Source: Eledone cirrhosa
Taxonomy: Eukaryota
Direction: 5' to 3'
NCBI GenBank assembly: GCA_964016885.1
Contig: OZ024740.1
Coordinates: 13,578,001 to 13,642,000, forward strand
DNA: 64,000 bases
Positions 63,701 to 64,000 of the stretch are shown one piece after another. The notes under the pieces are model-generated. The model had not been told where the DNA came from. It searched no databases and saw nothing but the letters and a program-made list of their open reading frames with translations. A program made the translations under genes and the position numbers. The number at the start of each line of letters is the position of its first letter. The stretch's first letter is position 1.

Positions 63701-64000
63701 GCTATTCTGGTAGTCAGACTGGTGTTCTGGTAGTCAGACTTGTTCTGGTAGTCAGACTAGTGTTCTGGTAGTCAGACTGGTGTTCTGGTAGTCAGAATGG
63801 TGTTCTGGTAGTCAGAATGGTTCTGGTAGTCAGAATGGTTCTGGTAGTCAGAATGGTTCTGGTAGTCAGAAGGGTGTTCTGGTAGTCAGAATGGTGTTCT
63901 GGTAGTCAGAATGGTGTTCTGGTAGTCAGACTGGTGCTATGGTAGTTACAATGGTGTTCTGGTAGTCAGAATGGCGTTCTGGTAGTCAGAATGGTGTTCT
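57750..64000. repeat. Copy of block ~44170-50400 (offset 13559-13599 bp)
   Basis: TATTCAAAAT 44355/57936; TATACAGAC 46464/60023; TTCGGGCAG 47699/61258; TTATCAGCC 48671/62230; GGCG variant 50374/63973. Confidence 0.85.

Larger units (their letters stand above)
1..64000. repeat. Tandem satellite array, 20-bp monomer TCTGGTAGTCAGAATGGTGT, about 3,200 copies, single orientation, truncated at both window ends
   Basis: Every line consists of this monomer or 1-3 nt variants (AGAAT>AGACT, AGAAT>AAAAT, 18-bp GT-deleted units, 21-bp units such as GAATGTTTTTTCT and GAATGGATTTTCT). No non-repeat sequence or reverse-complement monomer seen. Confidence 0.99.

Noticed and set aside
1-64000. Repetitive protein-coding gene on the + strand (SGSQNGVLVVRMVFW*SEWC per three monomers)
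   Set aside because: The 20-bp period cycles through all frames, so TAG occurs about every 60 bp in each frame. Frequent 1-2 bp indels show no frame conservation. The in-frame 18-bp unit (SGSQNG) occurs in runs of only about three.
1-64000. Giant ORF under a recoded genetic code (only TAG on +, only TGA on -: TPF*LPEHHSDYQNTILTTR)
   Set aside because: A single stop type per strand is expected by chance for a 20-mer. Variants add other stops (TGA, TAA), and indels are not multiples of three.
1-64000. CRISPR or CRISPR-like array (palindromic short repeat)
   Set aside because: Monomers are directly adjacent, with no unique spacers, leader or cas genes.
1-64000. Human satellite II/III (GGAAT/CATTC) relationship
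   Set aside because: Only one GAATG per 20 bp and no pentameric periodicity.
1-64000. Canonical G-quadruplex array
   Set aside because: The consensus has only GG runs with 6-10 nt loops; GGG is rare and isolated.
1-64000. Pure sequencing artefact or rolling-circle concatemer
   Set aside because: Variants are inherited hierarchically at many different offsets with lineage-specific SNPs, which random errors or a single circular template would not produce. Local mis-assembly of individual blocks is still possible.

Overview
The whole 64 kb window is one uninterrupted, head-to-tail tandem (satellite) array of a 20-bp monomer, consensus TCTGGTAGTCAGAATGGTGT (about 3,200 copies, 45% GC, 70% G+T on the + strand, no CpG in the consensus). 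It extends past both window ends. I see no genes, RNA genes, CRISPR spacers, transposon insertions, inversions or unique sequence, and I found no new protein-based system. The information lies in the variant monomers (GACT, CAAAAT, 18-bp and 21-bp length variants, rare SNP monomers). They reveal an irregular, nested higher-order structure: a 236-bp 12-monomer module, tandem duplications of about 200, 460, 1338, 1574, 1909-1950, 2987 and 3901 bp, and near-identical multi-kb blocks at offsets of about 6.9, 7.8-8.2, 11.5, 13.6, 15.9 and 24.1 kb. This pattern is typical of a recently expanding eukaryotic satellite (heterochromatic, centromeric or subtelomeric). The organism and function cannot be determined from the sequence alone. 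Offsets were measured by hand from marker variants, and block boundaries are approximate (within a few monomers).
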